Position numbers and translations under genes: made by a program
Assembly: GCA_030390025.1 (NCBI GenBank)
Contig: CM059433.1
Coordinates: forward strand, 25,236,001 to 25,300,000
DNA length: 64,000 nt
Reading direction: 5' to 3'
DNA from: Squalus acanthias
Lineage: Eukaryota
Shown: in pieces, positions 25,890 to 36,366 of the stretch
Position numbering within the stretch: position 1 is the first letter of the stretch
How the letters are laid out: the number at the start of each line of letters is the position of its first letter
Notes under the pieces: model-generated
Seen by the model: only the letters and a program-made list of their open reading frames with translations
What the model was told of the DNA's origin: nothing
The model's database searches: none

Positions 25890-28128
25890 TCTCTCAAGTC
25901 TCTCCTTTATTTTATTAAATGAGACACTTAAAGTAATGGCAATTGAATTTGGACTTCTTTCACCAACTTCGCCATCCTCTTACACGTTTGCTTCCTTTTC
26001 CGCCATGCCAGATCGCACAGAAGATAGATAATACATAACAGTTGAATCACTACGAGGACATGGGATATGATGCCAATCTAAGGGTGGATTTGTATTTGTA
26101 GTCCGAAGTCCCACCACGATATGTCTGTTTTAAGGTTGCTGATCCTTGTCCAAGTTAACCAAGTTTGCTTTTGTATCTGGAAATAATGTTTCCTGGACCC
26201 CTCGATTTTATTCTTCAATTCCGTCAGATGTTCAGGCAAGGGTGGTATGTCATAGTCAAACTTCGCGACATAATTCTCTAGCTCATTTTTAATTGTATCA
26301 TTCATTTTAACAATAGATATATTGTGACTATAAATGTTTACAAGTTCCCGCGCTCTGATTCTTACAGGTCGAATTAGAGTAAAACAGAAGGTACTATTTA
26401 CAACTGGGCACTGATGTTTTGTTCCATAGGTATAATTCGGTTGGTTTGTAGTGACACAATATTTCCCGTTTCCCATATAAGCAGCCTGAGTTGGTTTTAA
26501 CTCAGCAGTCAAAGCTTCCATGGTACAATTTATCTCAGTTTCTGATGAATTAAACCCACATATGGACGGACTGTGCCTCTGTAATCCATAGGGGCACACT
26601 ACCGTGTCTCCATGTGTGTTACATCCCTCCAATCCCGTACCAATCATGTACCCATTCATATTAACAGTGTAGGGTCGGATTGCATGATATTGCACATGGG
26701 TCCCTTCCTGTAACACTCCAATATTTTCAATTCCATATACAGGAAGTGGTTTTACCCCATGTGGGATGATTGGAGAATACAAAACCAACTCCAACATGGT
26801 TAGATTTTCTATTCTACAACCTGATTTTACAGGGTAGACCTGGATCAAACCTCTGAGTTGACACTCTGTAATGTTGCTATCATAATTGGACCATGCCTGT
26901 AAATGTTTATTGTTAGCTACATGGGGACTTTCCCTCATGAATCCTTCGCAAATTTTCTCGTGCCTGCTCAATCAACCAGGATCCATACAATACACATACA
27001 TCATTTCTAGCCACCTCTTTCGTCCACACCAGCGATCTCTTTAATTAATTCGTTAACCTTTTGAGCATGTTTTTCCAACTCTCTGACCACATCTTGCAGA
27101 CGTATGGTCATAATTTGGTTCTCCCTTGTTCCTGATTAGAATTGGTCTCTTGTAATACCCTTTTGAGCTCATTTTTGTCTCGCCCATCCTATGATCTAAC
27201 TCTGCCCAATCAAGGCTATTTACCAATGAGGTTCCCGTGTTGAACACCGTAGCTACATCATTAATCAATCCTCTCTTCCTTCGCTGGGAGGGAATAGTAG
27301 GTGCTGTTGAATCAGGATCTCCATATATATTACGTCCACTTTCATGGCCGTAACTGTTAAAGGCTCCTAAATCAATATTTACCACCACCTTTTGTAATAA
27401 GTTGGAATAAAGGCGTTTAGTTTCAGGTTTGCACCACTCAAGCAAACCTAAATCTGTCAAATTCAACATTGCAGGCACCACCACCTCATGGTATACATCA
27501 TGATACAACACCTTACGCATTGGAATCAACACCAATCCATTTGCTGGTCCTGGCTCATGAACAGGACGGCTTACATCTTCTCTAGTGTGGTTTGGTGTAG
27601 GTTGCTTTTCTTTCAGCTTTAATTCCATGCCCCTAACCCCACTCCTCTTAGGCCATAACACTCTCGTTCCTGTTTAGGACTTTCACATACATACACCCCC
27701 TCATCCCTTTCCCAAAAGTTTTTCCAACAATATCGCTTATCTTTACCTCTAGTTTCGTTCTTAATACCTTCTCGAGCATAATCTACTCGGGTTAATCTTA
27801 TTGACCCACCCGTGTAATCTCCCTTATTCAGGTGAGGGGACGAATCATCGAAGTAGATTAGATCGGAAGAGAAGACCTCGTCAGTATTTGGGGCACATGT
27901 CAAACAGAATTCAAGACCTTCCCTGACCTCTACCTCGTCGACTTCCATGGTCCCGTTGTTACCACATGGATTTAATGTAACCCCTTTCCACCTACCCTCC
28001 CATGACTGTACTGTTACCTCTCGGGTTCCCATTTAACTTCCTCCTTCCTGGGAGATTTGGCTCAGACCGATATCAGTTAAGGCTGTCACCACTCCCACCA
28101 GCGTCCAGGTAACCGTGAGTGTCCACAT
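25890..28128 (-). pseudogene. env: ERV envelope: signal peptide, Ig-like domain, furin site, F-like fusion subunit, TM anchor
   Basis: MWTLTVTWTLVGVVTA signal from 28128; ORFs 27619-28032, 27053-27661 and 26078-26971; RRKR at 27272-27283 then GLINDVATVFNTGTSLVN; heptads; Cys-rich GCNTHGDTVVCP...GNGKYCVTT; in-frame TM IGIISHVLVVIQLLCIIYLLC after a TAG; several stops and frameshifts. Confidence 0.85.
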
Positions 28129-28132
28129 TCTC

Positions 28133-28146
28133 CTAAAAAAACACAT
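28133..28146 (-). promoter_or_regulatory. Probable env splice acceptor
   Basis: Minus strand TGTGTTTTTTTAG|GAGAATG directly before the env ATG. Confidence 0.55.
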
Positions 28147-28147
28147 T

Positions 28148-28883
28148 GGGCCGGATATTCCGATCCCTACGGGTGGGTACACGCTGTGTACTCACCCGTA
28201 GGGACATCGGAAATGCCGGTTTCAGGCATGCACAGCGCTTGCGCTGGAAACCGACATTTCCGATCTGTCAAGAAAGCACTTGACAGATCCTCCGGCTGCC
28301 CGGGAGAAGGGCCTCTGTGGACGGATAGTTACGCTTTTTGGAGACCCTCCGCCCACAGAAAACCCTTACAATTCTTGGTAAGGCCTGCTTTTACCAGGAT
28401 AAGAGTTGAAAAAAGTTTTAAAAAAATTTCACTGATTTATCATTTAAAAATACTTTAAAAAAAGGCTAAGTTTATTTTTAGCCCCGTAAAAAACTTTAAT
28501 TATTTTTTTCAAAAATTTAAATTTTTGTTTAAAATAGTTAATTTATTGTAATTTCAAGTCATTTAAAAAATGTGATTTTTTAAAAATTTATTTAAAGTTT
28601 TACTATGTTTTTGGGGTGATCTCCATTCATATATTTGACAGGCCTTCCTGTCAAGTGTATGAAGGGAGATTCCCTTCTGTGATTGGCTCTCCATGGCCCA
28701 CGTGATCCCAGGGACACTGCGAACTACCTGCGCCTCTGGGATACGTGGGCCCTGCGCACTTGGAGTTTGGAGAGGCCCAGGATCGGAAGCGTGTGCGTCC
28801 CAGGAGCCCTCAGGTAAGAGCGTAGATTTTTCCAGATTGCAGGCCTCTGCCCGCGGGAGGCCTGCAATCGGAATATCTGGGCC
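28148..28883. mobile_element. Harbinger-type MITE (family A, copy 2) inside the ERV
   Basis: Aligns with 3154-3898; flanks ATT / AAT. Confidence 0.85.
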
Positions 28884-30636
28884 AATAACACAAACACAAT
28901 TTACGGATCATATGTATACATAGACTATGTAGTCCATGGTTTCTTTGGCTTAGGTCACCGCCTGCTTCTTCTCGGTAACAAAGCCGGAGGGGAAGCTTCA
29001 GGTGGAGGCAGTGGGGGAGCTGGTGGATTCCGATTCCCTGGCACCAGCACCAGTCCTTGATGAGCGCCGTGGCCCAGAAAGAGGGTCATCGTCATCCCAT
29101 AACATAGGTGGCAACCCTGGGCACCCAATCAGACTCATCACCGTTCCCACTGGTTTTGGTTGTTTAACATTCTCTCCCGGGTAGTATCGCTTACACAAAC
29201 TAATGTGGAACCATTTGACCCTTTTTGGCAGTTGTAGCGTGTAAAACATTGGACTGGCCGTCTCCACAATATTATAGGGTCCGTTATATAAGGATTCAAA
29301 CACCCCTACTCTGGCGTAGTTACGCACCATTAACTTGTCCCCTATATCCCATTCTTGAGGCTTAAGCGGTTCTAACAGCAACTTGTTACGAGCGTGATGT
29401 TTCCTATATTTCGAGCTGCATCCCAATGGAGTGCCTTAAGTGTGTCCCACAAATCCTTCACAAACTTATCCCTGTTTACTTTCTTGACTTGGGTTTCCAT
29501 TAGAATTGGGACCAGTAAGTGGGTCGGAGTTCTCATTAATCTCCCTGTCACCAATTCGTGTGGTGAGTACCCTGTTCCTTTAGAAACGTTGGCCCGAATA
29601 TTCATGAGCACCAACGGAAGTACCTCATCCCAAATTTTGGGGTTGTTCCCCGCTTCCTTTCTCAGTCTCTCCTTAAGAGTTCGGTTCAACCTTTCTACAA
29701 TCCCTGACGACTGGGGGTTATGAGCCACATGCCATTTTCCTTCAATACCCAATAGTTTTGGGGTAATCTGCATCACCTGGCCAGTGAAGTGACTTCCCTG
29801 ATCTGACTCTACTATTCAAGGCAACCCCCATCTGGAGAAGACTTCTTTCACTAAGATTTTTGCCGTACAAGGGAAAACTTCTACCCATTTGGTGAAGGTA
29901 TCTACCAAAACCAAGCAATATTTATTGCCCTTCTTTGTGCTGGGCAGTAGTCCAATAAAATCAATTTGGAGGCACTGCCATGGACCTTCTGCCCTTCGAG
30001 TGTGTCCCAACGGTGCCTTCTTCCTGTGAGGATCTGGATTGTTAGCAGCACATATTAAACAATTATCACAATATTCCCTTACATCTTCCCGCACATGAGG
30101 CCACCATCTAACCTCCTCCACTTGCTTCCACGTGGTTTCAGGTCCCGGGTGTCCGGCCCCCGGTCCTCCATGGGCCATATGCATAAACTCTTCTTGGTAC
30201 CCTTCAGGGACCACCCACTTGTCTCCTTTAAACAGCATTCCCGATTTCATTTCCACCTCACTTGCTCCAAATGGTCCCTCTATGTGTGACCCTTCTCTCT
30301 TTTCTTTAATAACTGCCTTCAACACCACATCTTGCATTTGTACCTTTTCCAGATCCGGTGGTAACGTTACCAGATCTTGTGCCCCCGTCACTTTTGGTGC
30401 GGTGGCCACTACCACTCCTGACTGGTAGGAGTCCCACAGGACTCCTCCCTCTGCTCCTTTGTTCTGTCTTAGAGTAAACCTTCACCTTTTGAATGTAATA
30501 ATCCGCCCTATTTTTCCCTGTTACCTTTAAAATTGCAGCCAACAGTCTTCCATCCGCTGATTTAAACCCCCTTCTTGACCAAATGGCTAGGTATTCTGTG
30601 CACGAGTTACACGTGAACATGGAGTCTGAACATAAT

Positions 30637-31403
30637 GGCCCAGAAATTAAACATCGATGGTTCCCGCGGGGGTAAGGATTCCCCGCGATATCGCACTCCG
30701 CGCCTACCTTTTTGTTTGGGGCCCACACGAACTTTAGTTTCAGAGCCTCTCCCTGTTGCAACCGTGCAGTGCTTGCGTATCCCAGAGGCGCAATTAGTTC
30801 GTGCGAGCTCTGGGATCACGTGATTCAGTTAGCGCCAATGGCAGCACACCATCTTTCATTCATAGTTTTGACAGCAAGGGCTGTCAAAGCTATGAATACT
30901 ACAAACCCCCAAAAGAACAGCTAAACCTCAATTAAATTTTAAAAAAAAGCCATCACATTAATACAATAAGTATAGTTAAATAAATTAACCACTTTAAACA
31001 AAAAATTAAATTTTTGAAAAAATGTAAAATCTTTTTAAAAGTTATAAAAATAAACTTACCTTTCTTTAAAGTCTCTAAAAAAGATAAACCTGTTGAAATT
31101 TTTTCAAAATAACACTTAATTAACTACTTACCTTGTTAAAAGGGGGTCCTACGCCTGCTTTCTTTATGTGTAAAATCTTCACCACTTACCTGCGCGTTCA
31201 AACCTGAAAAAAAAACTAAGTGCACTGCAGTGCGCACAGCCTGTAGCGCGCACGCGGTTCACTTAGGAACCGCCCCCTTTGCAATTCACGAAGTGCCGGT
31301 TTCCCGCGCATGCGCAGTGCATGCAGGAAACCGGCAATTCGTGACCTAATACGCGAGAGTACACAGTGCATACTCTTGCGTATTAGGTTTAATTTTCAGG
31401 GCC
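30637..31403. mobile_element. Harbinger-type MITE (family B) inserted in ERV RNase H
   Basis: TIR GGCCCAGAAATT...AATTTTCAGGGCC; reverse-complement homolog of 48562-49314; removing it restores PYTI-CSDS. Confidence 0.85.
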
Positions 31404-31914
31404 ATTGTGTATGGTGGCGGGAATTTCGTGGGGTGTGTCACTACATAGGCTACTGCCACCAGTTCTGCTTGTTGGGCGCTGAGGGTATTTGGCAATTTAC
31501 CTGCCAGTTCTATTCCCATCTGGGGTTGGATATCCCACACCCCGTTCTCCGTTCCCCATTTTTCACAGAGCTGGACCCATCTGTGTAGATGTCCCTTCCT
31601 ATGGGGTACTGCCCTGTTCTAAATCCAAGATTCACGTCCCAAGCCCCATCTATTAAGCATGTGTGTGCTGTTCCGGCATAAGTCATGTTCTGGGCCAATT
31701 TGGGTTCCTCCAGTGTCACCACCTTCAAATCTAACTGTGACAGTTGCACTGTCCACCTAGCTATTCGGGTACTACTTACAGTTCCGTCCTTTGTGCGGCC
31801 GTCTAACAACAGCTTAGTCGGGGTGTGACATGTCAACAAGGTAATAGGTGCTAACCCTGTAAACGTCCGATAGTGCTTTACCACCCAGCAGGTTGCTAAC
31901 AAGTGCTTTTTGCA

Positions 31915-32241
31915 ACAACAACAACTTGTATTTATATAGCGCCTTTAACATAGTAAATGTCCCAAGGCGCTGCACAGGAGTATTTTAAGACAACAAATTT
32001 GACACCGATCCATATAAGGATAAATTAGGGCAGGTGACCAAAAGCTTGGTCAAAGAGGTAGGTTGTAAGGAGCGTCTTAAAGGAGAAAAGAGAGGTAGAG
32101 AGGTGGAGAGGTTTAGGGAGGGAATTCCAGAGCTTAGGGTCTAGGCAACAGAAGGCACGGCCACCAAAGGTTGAGCGATTATAATCAGGGATGCTCAAGA
32201 GGGCAGAATTAGAGGAGCGCAGATATCTCAGATATATCTTA
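31915..32241 (-). mobile_element. L2 3' fragment inserted in the ERV tether domain
   Basis: (CAA)n tail; TTTGCA duplicated at 31909-31914 and 32242-32247. Confidence 0.85.
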
Positions 32242-33788
32242 TTTGCAGCCAGAAAATCCCTTCTCTACCTCTGTAAGCACTCGAGAAGCATACACCACTG
32301 GTCTTAATCTACCGTGTCTCTCCTGGAGCAGCGCTGCACTGAAGCTTGCCTCAGTGACAGCTACCTCTAAAAAGAATTCCTTTGCAGAGTCTATAGCCCC
32401 TAGTGCAGGCGCTGTTTGTAGATCTTTCTTCAACTGCACGAAAGCCTCATCACAGTTTTTGCCCACTCCCATTCTACCCCTTTCTTCAGGATTCTAAACA
32501 ATGGAACTATTGTGGCAGCATAGTTTTCAATGAACTCTCTACAGTATCCTGTCAGTCCCAATAAAGACCTTACCCCTGTTACATCTGTGGGAATAGGTAG
32601 CTCTTGAATTGCCTTTCTCTTAGCCTCATCTATTGCCCTTTGTCCGGGTCTGATAGTCAACCCTAAAAACTGCACCTCCTCCCTTCCAATTTGAGCCTTC
32701 TTTGGGTTTACCCTTAAACCGGATTCTGCCAGCGATGCCAGCAGTTCATGTAACAGTTCCTGGCGACTCTCATTATCTGAGGATAGCAGCAGGTCATCTA
32801 TATATTGAACGAGACTATCTGGCTGACTGAAATCCTCCAGGATATTCGCCATGCTCTGGTGAAAGATGGAGGGGCTATTGTGAACCCCCTGGGGCAAGCT
32901 GGTCCATGCCCTTTAAAAGTGAAAGCAAACTTATACTGGTCTTCTCTCCTTACCGGTATCGACCAGAACCCATTTGAAATATCTAACACGGTAAACACTT
33001 TCGCTGAGGAGGGGATACACCCCATTAAATCGGCTACAGCTGCCATGGTGGGAGCGCAGGCCGGGATGTTTTTGTTCAGGACTCTATAATCGATGGTCAT
33101 CCTCCATGACCCATCCGGTTTCTTTGGTGGCTAGTGACCTCAGCACCCCCTGTTCGACCAGAGAGGCTACTGCCTTTCCTAGGTCCTTCGCGGCCTCTTT
33201 TGGGAAGCTGTACTGCTTCTGGGGTTTCAACATGGGCTCCCCGTCCACTTGGCCTTCTCTGCTGTTAACCCTCCCACAATCATGTTTGTGGGTAGCAAAC
33301 GATTGATACCTCTCGGACATACTCTTTACTAGCTGGTCCAGGTCATAGGAATCTCGAGGCTGCATCATACATGCATATTCACCTGTCTTTCGGTATCACC
33401 TTTTCAGACCTATCCGTATCCGCTGCTCCTTCTTCATGTCCACTATGACATTATGGGCCAACATCCAGTCCGACCCAAGGACACCTAAACCAGGTTGATC
33501 CCACCTCATTAAAATACATGTCTACTTAGCCTGTAAGGGACCTATTTTAAAACTTAAGGGTCTCGATACCACTCCATCCTTTTCATTTCCCGTAAAACCC
33601 GTCAAAGTGAATGGGGTGCCATTTGACAGAGGGGAGGTCGTGGGATTGTCCGAGTGGATTACAGTGCTCGAGGCTCCGGTATCCACTAGGTACTCGCCCT
33701 TTCTACCCTCCACTACAATATCCACACATGGTCTGCCTCACTCATCGTATCTGAGTGGACACGGCTACTCGGGCTGGGCGCGGCCCCT

Positions 33789-35521
33789 TCACTGCGACTG
33801 GGACAAGTTTTCCTGACTTTCGCCGGTGACTACCTTTACCAATCCTTTATTGGCAGCTTGTTGCAAAACTGTGACCAAGATCTGCATGACCTTCTGCTCT
33901 GTCTCACTTTCCTGATTCTTCTGTGGGGCCGCTATTGGTTTGGGACCAAAGCCTGAGGAGTTCTTTTTAGGTTTCTTGCATTCTCTAGCAAAATGTCCTC
34001 TTCCTCCACAGTTATAACAGGCCCTGTCTGATCCTGGCCTAAACATACCTCCTTCTTGCTGCCATTTCTGCTTATTCTGCCCACCTGTTTGAGAGGGGTA
34101 GCCCCTAGTCTCACACACCTTCCCTTTTTGTTTAGGCTTTTCCGACCCACCCCCTTCAGATGGCTGCACCCTGGTCTGCCTCAAAGGCTAGGGTAAACTT
34201 TCGCAGGAGCATAGCTTCGGTATTGGCCTCGTTTTCCAGATCGAACCAAGGTTCTGCCTTAGCTGGGATCCGGGGTAAACTATTAGCAATTACTGTACGC
34301 AGCCAATGATTCAAGGGGCCTTGCTGCAATTTGGCTCGCCGCAATAGTTGTCCACACGCCCTTTCATACGTGGGCCATAACCTATCTGCAAAGGCCTCCG
34401 GTGAGCCTCCGGGTTTCTGTTTAGTTTTCTGCACTTGCATAAATGGGCTCCTACTGTTACAACCCAATGCCTGCAAAACTTGGTCCCTCACACCTTGTAA
34501 GGTGCCGTTACCTAGTTTGGTGGCGGGAGGGAGGTTACCATAGACTTCCGGCGTTAGTGTGAACAGTATCAACTTTTTGTGTTCTACATCGTCGCACCCG
34601 TTGAGTTGTGCCTGCTGTGATATCGCCGCAAACGCAGCCTGCGGGTCTCCCCCAAAGGCCAGTTTTTAAATATCCGATACCATTTCCTTTAGCTGACTGT
34701 TGGTATAGGGATTTACGTAGTCACTCTGTGGGGCCCCCTGCTGCTGACCATCCGCGGGTCGATTAAACCTCTGTTGGAGTAGGGGATACATAGGGGGCGC
34801 TGTGGCCGGAGGCCCCGGAGCCTCCGGTAACTGTGGACAATCCACGTGCTGCGGGCCAACTCCCGAGTCTTTTCCTAATCCCGTTTCTACCTCATCGTCC
34901 TCACCTTCCTCGTTAAATTTTAATCCGAGACTTATTAAACACACCATACCCTTAGTTTTTCCCAATTGTTGTTTTAATTTATTTATGTCTTTCTGGCATT
35001 GGTTATGATCTCCTTCCTCATACTTCTGTTGCTGTAGCACTTGAAATACTGTTTTAATATCCCGAGCTCTCTCCTCAGCTTCCTCGGCCCTCCTCTCATT
35101 TCTACCACTTTCACACTCCCATGTATCACACCGACGGGAGCACTCCGTCACTTGACACTGTAATTATTCTGTGGTACTTGCAGATTTCAATCTACCTGCT
35201 TCTCTATTCTCTCTTTCCTCCTGCACTTCTTTCAGCAGCCGATTCACTGCGGCTTCTCAGTCACTGGCTTTTCTACAAAGTTCTTCTTTTTCCTTTTCAA
35301 GTTGTTCAATTGTCTGCCGTTGTAGGCTCACTTGCTTCTGGTATGCAATTAACCAGACTGCCTTCCCCATTCTCTGCCAACAGAGCGAGTCCTCTGTCCT
35401 CTCCCGTGACTTTTCCACTGGTTCCTTACTACCAGCTATATCTTAGGTCCAAAACCCGCAATTATTTTGTAACATACCCAAATACTAAACTCTCTATAGT
35501 TTTCCCCTTCTTGTCCGACAT
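33789..35521 (-). pseudogene. gag: ERV gag (N-terminal coiled coil, capsid-like region, one CCHC knuckle)
   Basis: ATG at 35521 (MSDKKGKTIESLVF); E/K/Q-rich heptads to DHNQCQKDINKLKQQL; QKPGGSPEAFADRL; CYNCGGRGHFAREC. Confidence 0.85.
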
Positions 35522-35540
35522 TGTAAAATCACCGCTCGGT

Positions 35541-35558
35541 GTCCTGCTGTGGTCGCCA
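35541..35558 (-). promoter_or_regulatory. ERV primer binding site, tRNA-Arg(TCG)-like
   Basis: TGGCGACCACAGCAGGAC, 7 nt after the 5' LTR; differs from the recalled tRNA-Arg(TCG) complement TGGCGACCGCGGCAGGAC at two CpG positions. Confidence 0.7.
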
Positions 35559-35565
35559 GGAAATC

Positions 35566-36366
35566 TGTAAGACTTCACTTTTGAGTTCCGACCCCGAGAC
35601 TTATTGAGATACTACAACGTCAAACAAGATCCGATCAAATGGTACTTTATTGAATTCGATCAATAATATTTGCAATAACTATGCACTTAACTATGGATTA
35701 GTTTGCAATATCTATATACTTACACACAATATCTATGCCCTCACATGCAATATCTATGCACTTACATGCAATATCTATGCACTTACATGCAATATCTGTG
35801 CCCTTACATGCATTTGGCCAATACATATAATCACCCTCAGTTGATCAATCCGAGTTGCTTGTAGGTCAATGGGTCCGATTCACCCGGCAGGATCCTGTCT
35901 TCCTCTTGGCTGTGTTTCCTGTCTGTGTTCAGAATTCATTACTTTTTATAGGGTCTCTGTGTGCATGATCACTCACTGATCTGCTCAGAGATGATTTGGT
36001 TAGCTAACCCTTAGGTTACCTCACATTGTGTTCTGGTTCCTTGATCTCAGAGATGATTTAGTTAGCAAACCCTTAGGTCACCTTACATTGTGTTCTGGTT
36101 CCTTGATCTCAGATGATTTGGTTAGCAAACCCTTAGGTCACCTTACATTGTGTTCTGGTTCCTTGATCTCAGATGATTTGGTTAGCAAACCCTTAGGTCA
36201 CCTTACATTGTGTTCTGGTTCCTTGATTAACTGCCTTGTTTGTTGTGTCCACAAAGTTCAATTAGGCCAGACTGTTTGCATAGCTTCAGGGTTTTCGCCA
36301 GCCTCGTAGGCTTATGATTTTTAAAGAAAAATATTATTTCATACAATCCTGCCACGTCTCCTTACA
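35566..36366 (-). repeat. ERV 5' LTR (801 bp) with internal tandem repeats
   Basis: Minus-strand TATAAAAA near 35950 and AATAAA near 35650; four ~60-bp units (35984-36227) and five 21-bp units (35704-35808). Confidence 0.92.

Larger units (their letters stand above)
28998..33788 (-). pseudogene. pol: ERV pol (PR-RT-tether-RNase H-IN), frameshifted, with two insertions
   Basis: LVDTGAS; TIDYRVLN, VLDISNGFWS, MPQGVHNSP, QYIDD; tether RPVVYASRVL; RNase H IYTDGSS, SAQQAEL, CSDSM; IN AH...GH...C..C, QIDFIG, DTFTKWVE, QSSGIVER, GPY. Confidence 0.9.
25333..36366 (-). mobile_element. Endogenous retrovirus, lokiretrovirus-like (LTR-gag-pol-env-LTR), mutated
   Basis: LTRs 35566-36366 and 25333-25885 with TG...CA ends; 4-bp TSD AAAG (25329-25332, 36367-36370); host Gypsy pol rejoins as DWLRK|LKLDWK; PBS, PPT, gag, pol with tether plus RNase H, env. 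Confidence 0.92.

Noticed and set aside
25890..28128. Domesticated (syncytin-like) functional env gene
   Set aside because: This copy has in-frame stops (28033-28035, 26078-26080) and several frameshifts, so it cannot encode an intact protein.
35650..35844. ORF with (NIYALTC)n repeats
   Set aside because: Translation of the 21-bp LTR tandem repeat on the antisense strand.
35984..36227. Regular ~60-bp repeats resembling a CRISPR array; ORF 36028-36309 with a repeated peptide
   Set aside because: The units are contiguous with no unique spacers and lie inside a retroviral LTR in eukaryotic DNA; the ORF is a by-product of the repeat.
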